IMG/VR virus record: IMGVR_UViG_3300046703_000335
Coordinates: 124,001-188,000 of that record
DNA: 64,000 nt
Direction: 5' to 3' (one strand)
Positions 38,695 through 48,519 of the stretch are shown here, in pieces. The translations under genes were made by a program, and so were the position numbers. The notes beneath the pieces were generated by a model. That model searched no databases and was not told the DNA's origin. It saw only the letters and a program-made list of their open reading frames with translations. Each line of letters opens with the position of its first letter. Positions within the stretch are counted from its first letter, which is position 1.

Positions 38695-40830
38695 ATGACA
38701 GCAGCACAAAAAGGTATTACTTTGCTTTTATGGTCTGAACAAGAAGATACACTACTCAAGGAGCTATATTTAAAAACACCTAAAGATATAATATTAACTA
38801 AGTTAAACAGAACTTGGAAATCTATAAGATATAGGGCTAGTAGACTAAAGTTTAAACGAGACCCATCCATTATAAAACAGGATAATATAGAAGGTACTAA
38901 AAAAGCTATGCTTGAAAAATATGGTGTAGAATACTCTACCCTTCTACCGGCTATGAAAGAAAAAAGTAGACAAACCAATTTGAAAAAAAGGGGAGTAGAG
39001 TATCCTTCACAATCCAAAGAAGTTCGTGACAAGATAAAATTAGTAGTAAATGAGAGATATGGTGTAGATAATGTATTTCAGGCACAGAAAATAAAAGAAA
39101 AATCTGAACAAACTATTTTAAAAAGATATGGAGTAAGATATATAAACCAAAGTCCAACTATTCGAGAGAAAACAAAAGAAACAAATCTTGAAAGATATGG
39201 AATATCAAATACTTTTCAATTAACAGATAGGGTCGAAAAAGGAATGATTGAAAAGTATGGACAAAGAGTCCCACTTAATGTCCCTGAAATTGCTGAAAAA
39301 AAGAAAAAAACGAGTTTAGAAAAATATGGTGTTGAAGTAGCTTCAAAAAATGAAGCTGTAAAAAGAAAATTATCAGAAACTTTAAAAACTGCTGTCGTTA
39401 GAGAAAAAAAATATCAAGCATTAAAGAAAAAAGGCTCTTTTAATTATTCTAATGAAGAGCTTGCATTCGCTAATTATTTATTAATAGCTGATCCAGACCT
39501 TAAAACTCATCAGCTTCATCCTATAACAAAACATGTGATAGATTACTATATGCCCAGATATGACTTATGGGTACAATATGACGGAACTTATTGGCACGGT
39601 AAGGGAGAAGCAGTGCATACTGGACCTCAAGCCATATCCATAGAGAAGATAAAAGCAAAAGATATCTATCAGAACGAAAATATTCCAAATTTAATAAGAT
39701 TCTGGTCAGATGATGTTAATGAAGCTATAAAAAAAGGCAGCATATTTACTCTTATTGAAATAAAAATAAAAGAAAAGATAAATACTACTGAGGATATATT
39801 TGTGTGCCACCAGTATCGAAAAAAAATAGAACATTATACTGAAGACCGAGACAATTTACCATTTAACCCAGATAATATCAAAGCATCAAATTTTACGCTT
39901 ATAAAGGAGGAACTATCAACAGAGATCGTAGAGTTTATAAAAAAATATGAATGGTTAGAAACTGTTGGAGTTAATCCTAAATGGTGTTTCACAGCTCGAT
40001 ACAATGATAAACTTGGAGGAGTAGTCCTAATAAATGAACCTACTGCTTATTCAAAAATGCTGGGTAAAGATACCCCCATCTATGAAGCCCTTATACAAAG
40101 AGGTGCTACAGCTTCCTGGACCCCTAAAAACCTCGGAAGCAGACTTGTTATGTTCTCTTGTAAGTGGATGGTAGCTAATACCCCAAAACGAATCTTTGTA
40201 GGTTATGCTGATCCTTCTGCTAAAGAACGCGGCATTATCTATCAAGCATGTAATTTTGATTATTTAGGGGATAATTTTGGGAATAGCTACCTATACAAGC
40301 ACCCTGAAATAAATCGAACATTTACATCCCAATATCTAAAAAGAACATCAACATTTAGACGCTGGTGTCTTCTTAATAAAATTGAACTGAGAAAAGAATG
40401 GTTTAAAGAAAATGGGTTTAAGAATTTGGAGATTATACCTCATGAAATTAAAAATATGTGGTATCTCTGGATAAAAGATATAATAAGCAGTGCAGAAAGA
40501 ATAACTATAAGTAAAAAGATGAAATATGCTATTCTACTCTATAGAGATAAAAAAGACAGAAAAATACTTGAACCTTTAAAAAAATATGACAAATTTCCAT
40601 ACAATAAAATTTATAACACAACAAACCAGCTAACTCTCCGACCACGCGGAAAAAACAATCATGGCTTAACAGCAGATAGAAAAAATCCAGAAAAAATTGA
40701 ATTTATATTAAAAAATCATAGCACTATGTCCAGGTCAGTTATGGCCCTAGAGTTGAATGAAACTCAACGATGGGTAAAAAGACAAGTAAATAAATTAGTA
40801 TCTGAGAATAAGATTAAGCCAAAGAGATAA
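38695..40830 (+). CDS. Multidomain protein: HTH + KYGV repeats + Vsr/DUF559-like endonuclease + Mom-like GNAT DNA-modification domain + HTH
   Basis: About seven (K/R)YGV-type repeats. DYYMPRYDLWVQYDGTYWHG nuclease motif. FIKKYEWL...RGA...KNLGSRL...VGYADPSAKERGIIYQACNFDYLG matches the Mom-family motif. On the opposite strand to its neighbours. Confidence 0.75.
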   Translation: MTAAQKGITLLLWSEQEDTLLKELYLKTPKDIILTKLNRTWKSIRYRASRLKFKRDPSIIKQDNIEGTKKAMLEKYGVEYSTLLPAMKEKSRQTNLKKRGVEYPSQSKEVRDKIKLVVNERYGVDNVFQAQKIKEKSEQTILKRYGVRYINQSPTIREKTKETNLERYGISNTFQLTDRVEKGMIEKYGQRVPLNVPEIAEKKKKTSLEKYGVEVASKNEAVKRKLSETLKTAVVREKKYQALKKKGSFNYSNEELAFANYLLIADPDLKTHQLHPITKHVIDYYMPRYDLWVQYDGTYWHGKGEAVHTGPQAISIEKIKAKDIYQNENIPNLIRFWSDDVNEAIKKGSIFTLIEIKIKEKINTTEDIFVCHQYRKKIEHYTEDRDNLPFNPDNIKASNFTLIKEELSTEIVEFIKKYEWLETVGVNPKWCFTARYNDKLGGVVLINEPTAYSKMLGKDTPIYEALIQRGATASWTPKNLGSRLVMFSCKWMVANTPKRIFVGYADPSAKERGIIYQACNFDYLGDNFGNSYLYKHPEINRTFTSQYLKRTSTFRRWCLLNKIELRKEWFKENGFKNLEIIPHEIKNMWYLWIKDIISSAERITISKKMKYAILLYRDKKDRKILEPLKKYDKFPYNKIYNTTNQLTLRPRGKNNHGLTADRKNPEKIEFILKNHSTMSRSVMALELNETQRWVKRQVNKLVSENKIKPKR

Positions 40831-40882
40831 GTACTTATCAAAAAGCATGTTAAGGATTATTTTTATATAATCCTCTTGGTCC

Positions 40883-41797
40883 TTAACTCCAACCCCCCCT
40901 TGCACCGGACACGAAGTTTCTACGGCTTTGGACCCCCGGACGTGAATACGGTCCCAGGGCCGAACTGATACCTATACCGTAACGAGGCTGTTTTAGTCCT
41001 ATAGCAATCTTTATAGATCTCTTAGCTTGGTCAAGAAGCTTATCGTATTCACCTTCAAAAGAATCTCTCATTGATTGATACTTAGATGATTTCTCTATAT
41101 TAAGAGATACACCACTGATGCTATAATCATATTCGTCAACTATCCAATTCAAAGCAAGAGCCCCGCAAGCCAGTGATGCGGACTTAAGAAGAATAACAGC
41201 TCTCCATCTATCTGGAGTTTGAAATAATGTTATACCTGTCACCGGAGGAGCCGTATTGAAATAATCAACAGCCATAAGTAGATACTCATAGAGTTCATAA
41301 TCTTCCCACACGTAACCAAATACCTGAGCTTGTGCTTGTATGAACTTTTCACTCGCCGGGGGACGAAATCTATAATTACGATCGGGATTATTATCCCTTA
41401 GCATAATTCTTAACCTTCTTACGAGCAACTGCTCAGAATCAACACTATTAATATCTGTCTTTACATCTTTAGCAACAACATTAAATTCCTGAACAACTTG
41501 AATTGTAGGAGATCCTGAAGTTTCCCTAAAATTCCATCGTACTAGCCAGTCTCCGATATTTGCATCTAAGGGTATGGTAATATTCACATAATATTGACCT
41601 ACCCCCATGGTAGCGGGGATTTGATCTGGAGGCCCAATAAGAACTTCAACACCTGTAGTATAATCAAATATAGAAAATCTAATATAATAGGGATCTACCA
41701 AATTTCCGATATTATCCCGGATTAATATTTTCAAATCTTCTTGGGTAAGAGTTTGTCCCGGTTGGTATGCTACTGACATATTAAATTCCTCGATCAA
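40883..41797 (-). CDS. Head-tail adaptor/neck protein with N-terminal Ig-like domain
   Basis: LVRRLRIMLRD...WEDYELYEYL..AVDYFN...EYDYSISGVSLNIEKS, a gp6/gp13-like adaptor pattern. Confidence 0.65.
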   Translation of the reverse strand: MIEEFNMSVAYQPGQTLTQEDLKILIRDNIGNLVDPYYIRFSIFDYTTGVEVLIGPPDQIPATMGVGQYYVNITIPLDANIGDWLVRWNFRETSGSPTIQVVQEFNVVAKDVKTDINSVDSEQLLVRRLRIMLRDNNPDRNYRFRPPASEKFIQAQAQVFGYVWEDYELYEYLLMAVDYFNTAPPVTGITLFQTPDRWRAVILLKSASLACGALALNWIVDEYDYSISGVSLNIEKSSKYQSMRDSFEGEYDKLLDQAKRSIKIAIGLKQPRYGIGISSALGPYSRPGVQSRRNFVSGARGGWS

Positions 41798-41987
41798 TAT
41801 TATTTAGATACTTGTCAAGAACTTTCCTTACAGAGTCTTCTTTAAGGAATGAAAACTTATGGAACTGTTCCTGAATATATGGAGTAATCTTACCTGACTC
41901 ATCTTTGAGAAACTCCCCATTTTCAGATCTTATATAGGATGATATTCGAATCATGTCCCTGAAGACAGGATTTTTTTTACGTTGCAT
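41781..41987 (-). CDS. Hypothetical protein (68 aa)
   Basis: GGGAG RBS and promoter motif upstream. Overlaps the next gene. Confidence 0.55.
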   Translation of the reverse strand: MQRKKNPVFRDMIRISSYIRSENGEFLKDESGKITPYIQEQFHKFSFLKEDSVRKVLDKYLNNIDRGI

Positions 41988-42024
41988 AAGATTGTCTCCC
42001 TATAATATTACTGTAAGGATTTTA

Positions 42025-42040
42025 TATTATTAGATTATTA
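42025..42040 (-). promoter_or_regulatory. Putative late promoter motif
   Basis: Minus strand TAATAATCTAATAATA. Confidence 0.55.
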
Positions 42041-42051
42041 GCTCTAAAATT

Positions 42052-42456
42052 TTAGTACAATATCATGAAAGCATTAATATCGAAGTGATTTTCCATAGCT
42101 GACATTTGCTGATGAATACCATCCGAAGTTACTGAAAATTCCACAGTGGTCAATTGTGTAGCAGAGGTCTCCAAAGCCCTATAATACCAGCGTATCTCAT
42201 AAGTCCCAATCTTCCATGTATCCTCAATAATAAAATTGGGTTTTATCTTTCCAGTATCTAAAATATCAGGTAACCGATTACGAATACCAATTGGCATAAA
42301 TTGATTTGTAAGAAGATGAACAAACCCAATATCATATCTTATCCAATATGGAGTATATGGAAAAGTCTGGTATGGGTAGGCATTATAATACCGCGCATAC
42401 AAATTAAGGATAAGATCTGTTTGTCCTATCCGATGTCCTTGTATAAAACTTTCCAT
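42052..42456 (-). CDS. Ig-like protein paralogous to the adaptor N-terminal domain
   Basis: PYWIRYDI...IGTYEIRWYYR versus PYYIRFSI...IGDWLVRWNFR in 40883..41797. Confidence 0.6.
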   Translation of the reverse strand: MESFIQGHRIGQTDLILNLYARYYNAYPYQTFPYTPYWIRYDIGFVHLLTNQFMPIGIRNRLPDILDTGKIKPNFIIEDTWKIGTYEIRWYYRALETSATQLTTVEFSVTSDGIHQQMSAMENHFDINAFMILY

Positions 42457-42520
42457 AAGGAGTCTCCAGACAAAGGAACCGATATATGCAAGATCAGTTC
42501 TTTAACGGAAGGGCACAATC

Positions 42521-42979
42521 TTATTCTTCGTTATCTTCTTCTTCGATCTCAAGTACTAACTCAACAGTAAACTTGATCACCTTCTTATCCTCATCAATAT
42601 CTGGCATATAATCAACCTGGTCTTCCCAGATATAATCATCAAAATCCTGATTCAAATCTGATATATCAAGATTAGCATATTTTTCTTTAAGAAAGGATGA
42701 TAGTTTTGGATTGATCATTTTTTTAAGATCACCATCATGATCATCAACCCAATCCTGAAGTATTCTATTAAGTACCCTATAACTGTCCGGTGGTATACCA
42801 TCATAAGTTATATGGATATCTGCCCATACTTCAATATTTGCTGAGAATTCCTCATCATTGTTTTCTACAACATTTTCTTCATCGATATCAATGTTTTCAA
42901 ACTCAATAAAAGAGGCTTCTTTTAGCTTAAAATTTTCAGAAGCTTTTTTAGCCATAAAATCAACAACAGATGCTCTCAT
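42521..42979 (-). CDS. Highly acidic protein, probable internal head protein
   Basis: About 28% D+E by manual count. N-terminal KKAS and KEAS sites. Confidence 0.55.
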   Translation of the reverse strand: MRASVVDFMAKKASENFKLKEASFIEFENIDIDEENVVENNDEEFSANIEVWADIHITYDGIPPDSYRVLNRILQDWVDDHDGDLKKMINPKLSSFLKEKYANLDISDLNQDFDDYIWEDQVDYMPDIDEDKKVIKFTVELVLEIEEEDNEE

Positions 42980-42981
42980 AA

Positions 42982-43182
42982 TTAAAATCCATGTTTGCTG
43001 TTAGTAAAATTAGCATCATTTATTCCCGTATAACCCATATCCCACATTACAGGCTCAAGTGTCCCCATACCTGTTATGCCACCGGTTTCAGGGGTCACTT
43101 TATCAATGTTATAAAATACATTGATTTCATATGGTCCTATAGCAGGGGATATAGTCATCATTTTACCTTGATATACATCCAT
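42982..43182 (-). CDS. Small TG-motif-rich protein
   Basis: 66 aa with ETG, GITG and GYTG. Tightly packed in the operon. Confidence 0.55.
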   Translation of the reverse strand: MDVYQGKMMTISPAIGPYEINVFYNIDKVTPETGGITGMGTLEPVMWDMGYTGINDANFTNSKHGF

Positions 43183-43190
43183 ATTAATTC

Positions 43191-43493
43191 TTATCCTTTT
43201 TTAATTTCATTCCCAATTATGCTGGCACAAAGAGACTTTAATGACTTTATATTGTCAGCATAAGTAAGAGCATCAACTGGACATTGTCTTAAAAAGTATG
43301 CTGTTTTCAACTTTTCTACCACATCTGAATTTTCAAAAAAGAAAAATACTTTTCTTTGGTCCTTAGTGGTATTTTTTATTTTACAACCAGAGGTTGCAAA
43401 TAGAGCTGCAAGATAAAGGTCACACGTCTTATACCCATCCCGTGTATAAATCAAATCACCGTGTATATTATCGTTCATTTGATCACCTCTCAA
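43191..43493 (-). CDS. DUF5659-like protein
   Basis: TCDLYLAALF...G...KVFFFF...YADNIKSLK pattern. Start probably at the second Met (GAGG RBS). Confidence 0.6.
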   Translation of the reverse strand: MRGDQMNDNIHGDLIYTRDGYKTCDLYLAALFATSGCKIKNTTKDQRKVFFFFENSDVVEKLKTAYFLRQCPVDALTYADNIKSLKSLCASIIGNEIKKG

Positions 43494-43528
43494 TATTTTT
43501 TATTATAGATGTTATTTTAAATTTAAAC

Positions 43529-43560
43529 AAAAATTGCCGAGGTCGATGTAACCCCGGCAA
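43529..43560 (-). terminator. Rho-independent terminator
   Basis: Minus strand TTGCCGGGGT-loop-ACCTCGGCAA then a T-run. Confidence 0.65.
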
Positions 43561-43591
43561 CCTCAAAAATCATCAAGTCTTAAAAAAAGTC

Positions 43592-44017
43592 TTAAGCATT
43601 ACCGTAATAATACCCAGTTGAACCAGCTGCACCAGTTGAATACTTATCATTAGCCAGAAGATCCATGTAAGTATTGGTGAATCTGGAAGTACCTGTATCA
43701 CCGATATCTTGACGAGGGACTTCATCAGCTGAAGTGTATGCACCTTCAGTAAGAACAAATGGTGCACCATTATGGTCTGTGAAGAGTGAGTTACTTGCTG
43801 CTGTCGAGAAATACTTCAGGACACCCTTTGCAAGACTATACAGAACGTTATCTGTAAGTTGAATAACTTTTGTTTCTCCCCACACGATATATTCATCTTG
43901 ACCGCTGAGGTAATTACCTTCCTGGGCACCGCCAAGCTGACTTCTTTTGTCAAAATCAGTAAAATAAATTTTACCTACGTTTGTGCCAAAATATTGTACA
44001 CGTAGTGTATCAGCCAT
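43592..44017 (-). CDS. Putative abundant virion (decoration/surface) protein
   Basis: Own promoter motif, strong AAGGAGG RBS and terminator. GDTG and STGAAGSTG motifs. Confidence 0.5.
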   Translation of the reverse strand: MADTLRVQYFGTNVGKIYFTDFDKRSQLGGAQEGNYLSGQDEYIVWGETKVIQLTDNVLYSLAKGVLKYFSTAASNSLFTDHNGAPFVLTEGAYTSADEVPRQDIGDTGTSRFTNTYMDLLANDKYSTGAAGSTGYYYGNA

Positions 44018-44090
44018 AAAAGCCTCCTTAGACTAAATCTTTTTGTTTGTATATAAAACCCTTTATCAGGGATCTTCAATAAAGGTAGCA

Positions 44091-44106
44091 TATTAAGAGA
44101 TTATTA
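44091..44106 (-). promoter_or_regulatory. Putative late promoter motif (consensus)
   Basis: Minus strand TAATAATCTCTTAATA. Confidence 0.65.
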
Positions 44107-44113
44107 TCTATGT

Positions 44114-44151
44114 AAAAAAAAAGGCCACTCATTTTATTGAGCAGCCTTTTT
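44114..44151 (-). terminator. Terminator after glycosyltransferase
   Basis: Imperfect stem AGGCTGCTC...GAGTGGCCT followed by a long T-run on the minus strand. Confidence 0.55.
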
Positions 44152-44174
44152 ACATACACGTTTAATAACTGATA

Positions 44175-47100
44175 TTATTTTATGCCAAATTCCTTAAGCC
44201 ATCCATCAGCTATTTTTCCCCAATTATACTCCTTCATCTTAGCATAAGCCCTATCAGCCCACATAAGCCTATAAGACTCATCAGAAAGCATCCTTATAGC
44301 TTCTGCTACGAATCTATTAACATATGAAGTGGGATATTCACCATTGCGACTTAATCCATCAGGAGAAAGAAGTATCCCTGCTGATCCTACAGTAGTTTGC
44401 AAACCGGCGAAGTCAGTACTTACAATAGAACACTTAGATAATCCTGCAGCAACTGCTGTTATACAAAATGTTTCACTGAACCAGCTCGGATACAACCAAA
44501 TCTTTGATTCTTTCTCATATTCAGCCAATTGCTTCTTACTCACTCGATCAACATACTTTACACCAGGCTGATTCATTAGATTTTTTATATCTGCTATAAA
44601 TTTCAGTCCCTCGACATCCTTCCGCATACGAGCCATGGATTCCCAATTAAAAAAGCCATAAGCTACGACAAGTTCAAAATCAGGGATCTCTTTTCTTATT
44701 TGAGGAACCATCTTTAAAAGCTGGTATAAACCTCTATCGGGGCTTGAAGAATAAACAGCTTGATTCTTCTTTTTATATTTGTCAACATCGCTATATAGAC
44801 TGAAATCCTGACCATTTGCAGTAAGGAACATCTTATCACTTATAATACCATGGTGACTCATAATAAATTCTTTATGCCACTCTGACAAATAAGCGTACTT
44901 ATCTACACGCCAAGTCATAATATCATAACTTTTATCTGGGGATAACCAAATATCATGAAATATGATATAGTTTCTTAAAGAATGAATATTTAATTTTAAT
45001 GGTTCCGTCGATCGTGACGCTATGAAATAATCAATAACATCATATTCTACATCAGCCTGCATCTTAGTATGATCACGATAAACAACATCCCCAACCTTTT
45101 CTCCGACATTATCAAAGACCGGATCAAGAACGATATCATCTTTACTGTCTGATAGTAAATCATTATAAATAGTGGTCTCAAAACCTTTTTTTACAAATTC
45201 CCGAGCAAGATATGATGCCCAAGTTTCTGATCCTGCCATACCCTCATCTACTTTTTGTTTATTCCAAGGCTCCCAAGCTGGACCTGTCCAAATTACTACT
45301 CGGGGTTTATTCCATTTTGCCCTATATTTCATATGATTTTCAGCATCTTCTTTATTATAAGATTCTCTATTCTCTTCCTGGTAGGCACCTCGGCTTATTC
45401 CGCCATAATGAAAAACAAAAGAATCTATAGCTTGACCTGTCACATATCCAAATTTTGATAATCGATTCATAAGGTCAAGATCTTCGCACCCATTAAGGAA
45501 GAGAGGATCAAATAAGCTTACTTCATTTATTGCACAGCGAGCAAAAATAGTAGCGTATGCTGCCACCCATCCCTGACGGACAAAAACATCCTTATGCTTT
45601 TTGTTAGAATACTCCATGAATTTATAGAGTTCTTCCACATAAGGTTTAATCTCATCAATTTTCATAGCTGGGTGAAGATCAATCTTTGATTTTTCTAAGA
45701 GCATCGAATAAGATGGTTTACCTGGAGCGTCATGCAACCAGCCTCTGTCACAATTAGACAATACCCCACAAGAAGCTAATCGATCAACAGTCTCCATTTT
45801 ATTTACAAGGCTAGTAAGCCAGCACTTTGACACTATAACATCTGAATTCAAAATTACAAAATATTTTGTATTAGAAGCTTTAATACCTGCGTTACAAGTC
45901 TCAGAAAAAGATAAGCGCTTATTTGGGTCACCTATAACAGTAATTCCTTTTAATGTCAGCAAGTAATCCCATGTCTCTTTATTACTACCTCCATCTGAGA
46001 TAATGATGTGGAAAGGGTATAGGGTATTCATGAGAATAGAGCTTACACACATCTTAAGATATTCAACGTTATTATAGTTAGCAATAATGATATCTACTAT
46101 GGATCTATTTTTTACATCTATCTTTTCGGGAGGATCCGGAAATTTCATCTGATTATTAATAAGCTCTGTTAAAGTGCTAATCCACTGACTAGCAATAACT
46201 GGTAGACTATACTCTCCTATAGAAGCTTTTCCAGCTTCTCCTATCTTCTTTCTCACGGTACTATCTTTCAACTTTATGAGAGCATTTTTCCACTCTTCTT
46301 TAGTATCACATATAAAACCGTTTTCTCCATCCTTGATAATTTCTTTGTATGCCTGAAGTGGAGAACAAAGAACTGGGAGACCAAGAGCCATTGCTACAGT
46401 AGCTTTCACAGAACTCTTTGCTGGTTGAACCTCAACACGTTGAGGGCACAATACCACATCACAGGCATTCATTACATCGACCCAGCCTTCCTCTGTCCAG
46501 CGATGAGTAGCATTATCCCATTCTGTACATAATACTATTTCATAACCTGCTTCTTCAATTGTATCTTTTAGATATTCATTTACAAGCCAGGAATTTCCAC
46601 CCATACCCACATAAACTGCCTTAGGCTTTAGATATCGATTTTCATATACTGCTTTATCAGATGTTTTCTCCACTGCATCCTTAAGGACTACTGTCTTCAT
46701 AAAACCATGTTCATTAGTAATCTCTTTAAGCTTGGTAGAACAGCAGGTGATAAGATCAACCTCTTCCATACATTCCCGTTCAAACGGAAAATTGAATAAA
46801 GCCTCACAATGATCAAAGACACATTTTATATCTGAGGATTTAAGATGCTTCATTATTTCAAGATCTTCTTTACCAAACTGAGTAAAAATAGCTACAGTTG
46901 CATCTCCTACCTTGTTTCTTGTTTCATAGATATTATTACCGTAGTAATTAGAAATGATTGTGCTATCAATACCCATATCTACCAGTTGCTGGCAGATATT
47001 AAACCTTCTTAATCGGATAGAAGGATTCGTTAGATCAAGTGTGGGAATAAACCACACTATTTTAATATCGCGAATTTTATTCAATCTTATGTCACAAAAA

Positions 47101-48296
47101 TCGAGGTTATTCCGGAGAACACTCATATTAAGATCATTTTTCTGCAAAAATTCTTTTAATTTAGAAATGTCTTCTTCCTGGAGCACCATTCCTTTTGACA
47201 AACGATTCATTTCGATATTCGTAATCTTAAGAAGTTCGCTCATCTGTTCATTACCGGGTTTATGCGTAAGAGCAAGTGTACAATATTTTACTACACTGTC
47301 ATATTCTTTTCTGTTGTAATAAATAAGAGCCAGTTTAGCTGCTGGAATAAATCCATAATAGTCAATTATCTGAGACATTCCTCCTTCAAGCTTTTTATTA
47401 AGAGCTTCTTTATAATATGATACTGCGGTGTCTGTATCATTCTCTTGCTCAAAGATATTTCCAAGAACCACGTAATTCTCAGCATAAATGCTATTGAATC
47501 TAATACCTTTTAGTGCATAATTTTTTGATGAGGAATAATCAGATTTTTCAAAATAGTATCTTGATAATTTTATACATGCTGTAGTAAGATTATCCGCAAA
47601 ATCAGCCCCCTTTTTTATATACGGATCAAGTACCGATATTGCTTTTTCCCACATTCCAAAATCAGCCAGTTCTTTACCATAATAAAATTTTATTCGCTCT
47701 GAACAATCTCCCGTTTCATATACTTTTTTGAGAGCCTCTATATTGCGAGCGGGATTATGTACTCTAACCCTATAATGATCAATATTGATATTTTCCCGAT
47801 GTAATCTATTGGGGGGGACATCCAAATTCATATACTCGTGTATGGGGTCATGCCATTTTATATGCTCACAATTTTTTACTATTCTTTCTCTAGGGAGAAT
47901 TAGTACTGGAGCATCCTTCTCATCATGGCTATATACGTAGTTAAGAATTATAATATCCCAAGCACTTATCTTTGGCTTCAATACCTGCAGTCTCATATAC
48001 TCTGAAGGCCTCAAAACATCGTCAGAGTCTAACCACATGATATATTGAGATGTATTATTACTAAAAGAGAAGTTTCTCGCAGCTGAGAAATCAGAAATCC
48101 ATTTAAAGAAAAATGTCTTAGCACCATAACTTTCAGCTAAAGACTTTATCTCTGGGTCCTCTTTTTCCATAGCAAGAGTTATTACTATCTCGTCAAATAG
48201 TTCACCTTGACAACTTTTAAGACATCTATCTAAAACATCCTTATCATCAGGACCTACAATAATATTCAAACCCAATAAAGGGGTGCGTATACTCAT
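44175..48296 (-). CDS. Multi-domain glycosyltransferase (GT2-TPR-GT4-GT2-GT4)
   Basis: GT2 #1: DFSAARNFSF, WLDSDD, PIHE. TPRs. GT-B #1: KSSVKATVAMALGLPVL. GT2 #2: DIIIANYN, ILNSDVIV, EDLDL. GT-B #2: YSSSPDRGL, YPSWFSETFCITA. Confidence 0.9.
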   Translation of the reverse strand: MSIRTPLLGLNIIVGPDDKDVLDRCLKSCQGELFDEIVITLAMEKEDPEIKSLAESYGAKTFFFKWISDFSAARNFSFSNNTSQYIMWLDSDDVLRPSEYMRLQVLKPKISAWDIIILNYVYSHDEKDAPVLILPRERIVKNCEHIKWHDPIHEYMNLDVPPNRLHRENINIDHYRVRVHNPARNIEALKKVYETGDCSERIKFYYGKELADFGMWEKAISVLDPYIKKGADFADNLTTACIKLSRYYFEKSDYSSSKNYALKGIRFNSIYAENYVVLGNIFEQENDTDTAVSYYKEALNKKLEGGMSQIIDYYGFIPAAKLALIYYNRKEYDSVVKYCTLALTHKPGNEQMSELLKITNIEMNRLSKGMVLQEEDISKLKEFLQKNDLNMSVLRNNLDFCDIRLNKIRDIKIVWFIPTLDLTNPSIRLRRFNICQQLVDMGIDSTIISNYYGNNIYETRNKVGDATVAIFTQFGKEDLEIMKHLKSSDIKCVFDHCEALFNFPFERECMEEVDLITCCSTKLKEITNEHGFMKTVVLKDAVEKTSDKAVYENRYLKPKAVYVGMGGNSWLVNEYLKDTIEEAGYEIVLCTEWDNATHRWTEEGWVDVMNACDVVLCPQRVEVQPAKSSVKATVAMALGLPVLCSPLQAYKEIIKDGENGFICDTKEEWKNALIKLKDSTVRKKIGEAGKASIGEYSLPVIASQWISTLTELINNQMKFPDPPEKIDVKNRSIVDIIIANYNNVEYLKMCVSSILMNTLYPFHIIISDGGSNKETWDYLLTLKGITVIGDPNKRLSFSETCNAGIKASNTKYFVILNSDVIVSKCWLTSLVNKMETVDRLASCGVLSNCDRGWLHDAPGKPSYSMLLEKSKIDLHPAMKIDEIKPYVEELYKFMEYSNKKHKDVFVRQGWVAAYATIFARCAINEVSLFDPLFLNGCEDLDLMNRLSKFGYVTGQAIDSFVFHYGGISRGAYQEENRESYNKEDAENHMKYRAKWNKPRVVIWTGPAWEPWNKQKVDEGMAGSETWASYLAREFVKKGFETTIYNDLLSDSKDDIVLDPVFDNVGEKVGDVVYRDHTKMQADVEYDVIDYFIASRSTEPLKLNIHSLRNYIIFHDIWLSPDKSYDIMTWRVDKYAYLSEWHKEFIMSHHGIISDKMFLTANGQDFSLYSDVDKYKKKNQAVYSSSPDRGLYQLLKMVPQIRKEIPDFELVVAYGFFNWESMARMRKDVEGLKFIADIKNLMNQPGVKYVDRVSKKQLAEYEKESKIWLYPSWFSETFCITAVAAGLSKCSIVSTDFAGLQTTVGSAGILLSPDGLSRNGEYPTSYVNRFVAEAIRMLSDESYRLMWADRAYAKMKEYNWGKIADGWLKEFGIK

Positions 48297-48469
48297 GCGT
48301 ACACCTCACGTATATTTTCAAGTCCTGTAAATCCTTCAAATTTCTTTCTATTAATATAGTCATCAATTGCACGTCTTATAATCTCAGCACGAGGTACCCC
48401 CGTAAGTTCAGATATTACTCGAAGACCATGTATCTCACCATCGGTAAGATGAAAATTCACTCTTTCCAT
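48293..48469 (-). CDS. Ribbon-helix-helix (CopG-like) regulator, 58 aa, not in ORF track
   Basis: MERVNFHLTDGEIHGLRVISELTGVPRAEIIRRAIDDYINRK... with AGGAG RBS. ATGA overlap with the glycosyltransferase start. Confidence 0.85.
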   Translation of the reverse strand: MERVNFHLTDGEIHGLRVISELTGVPRAEIIRRAIDDYINRKKFEGFTGLENIREVYA

Positions 48470-48483
48470 TAAAAACTCCTATA

Positions 48484-48512
48484 TATAGGTAAGTACCATA
48501 TACTTACCTATA
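48484..48512. promoter_or_regulatory. Perfect 12-bp inverted repeat, putative RHH operator
   Basis: TATAGGTAAGTA-ccata-TACTTACCTATA between the promoter motif and the RHH RBS. Confidence 0.65.
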
Positions 48513-48519
48513 GAAAAGA

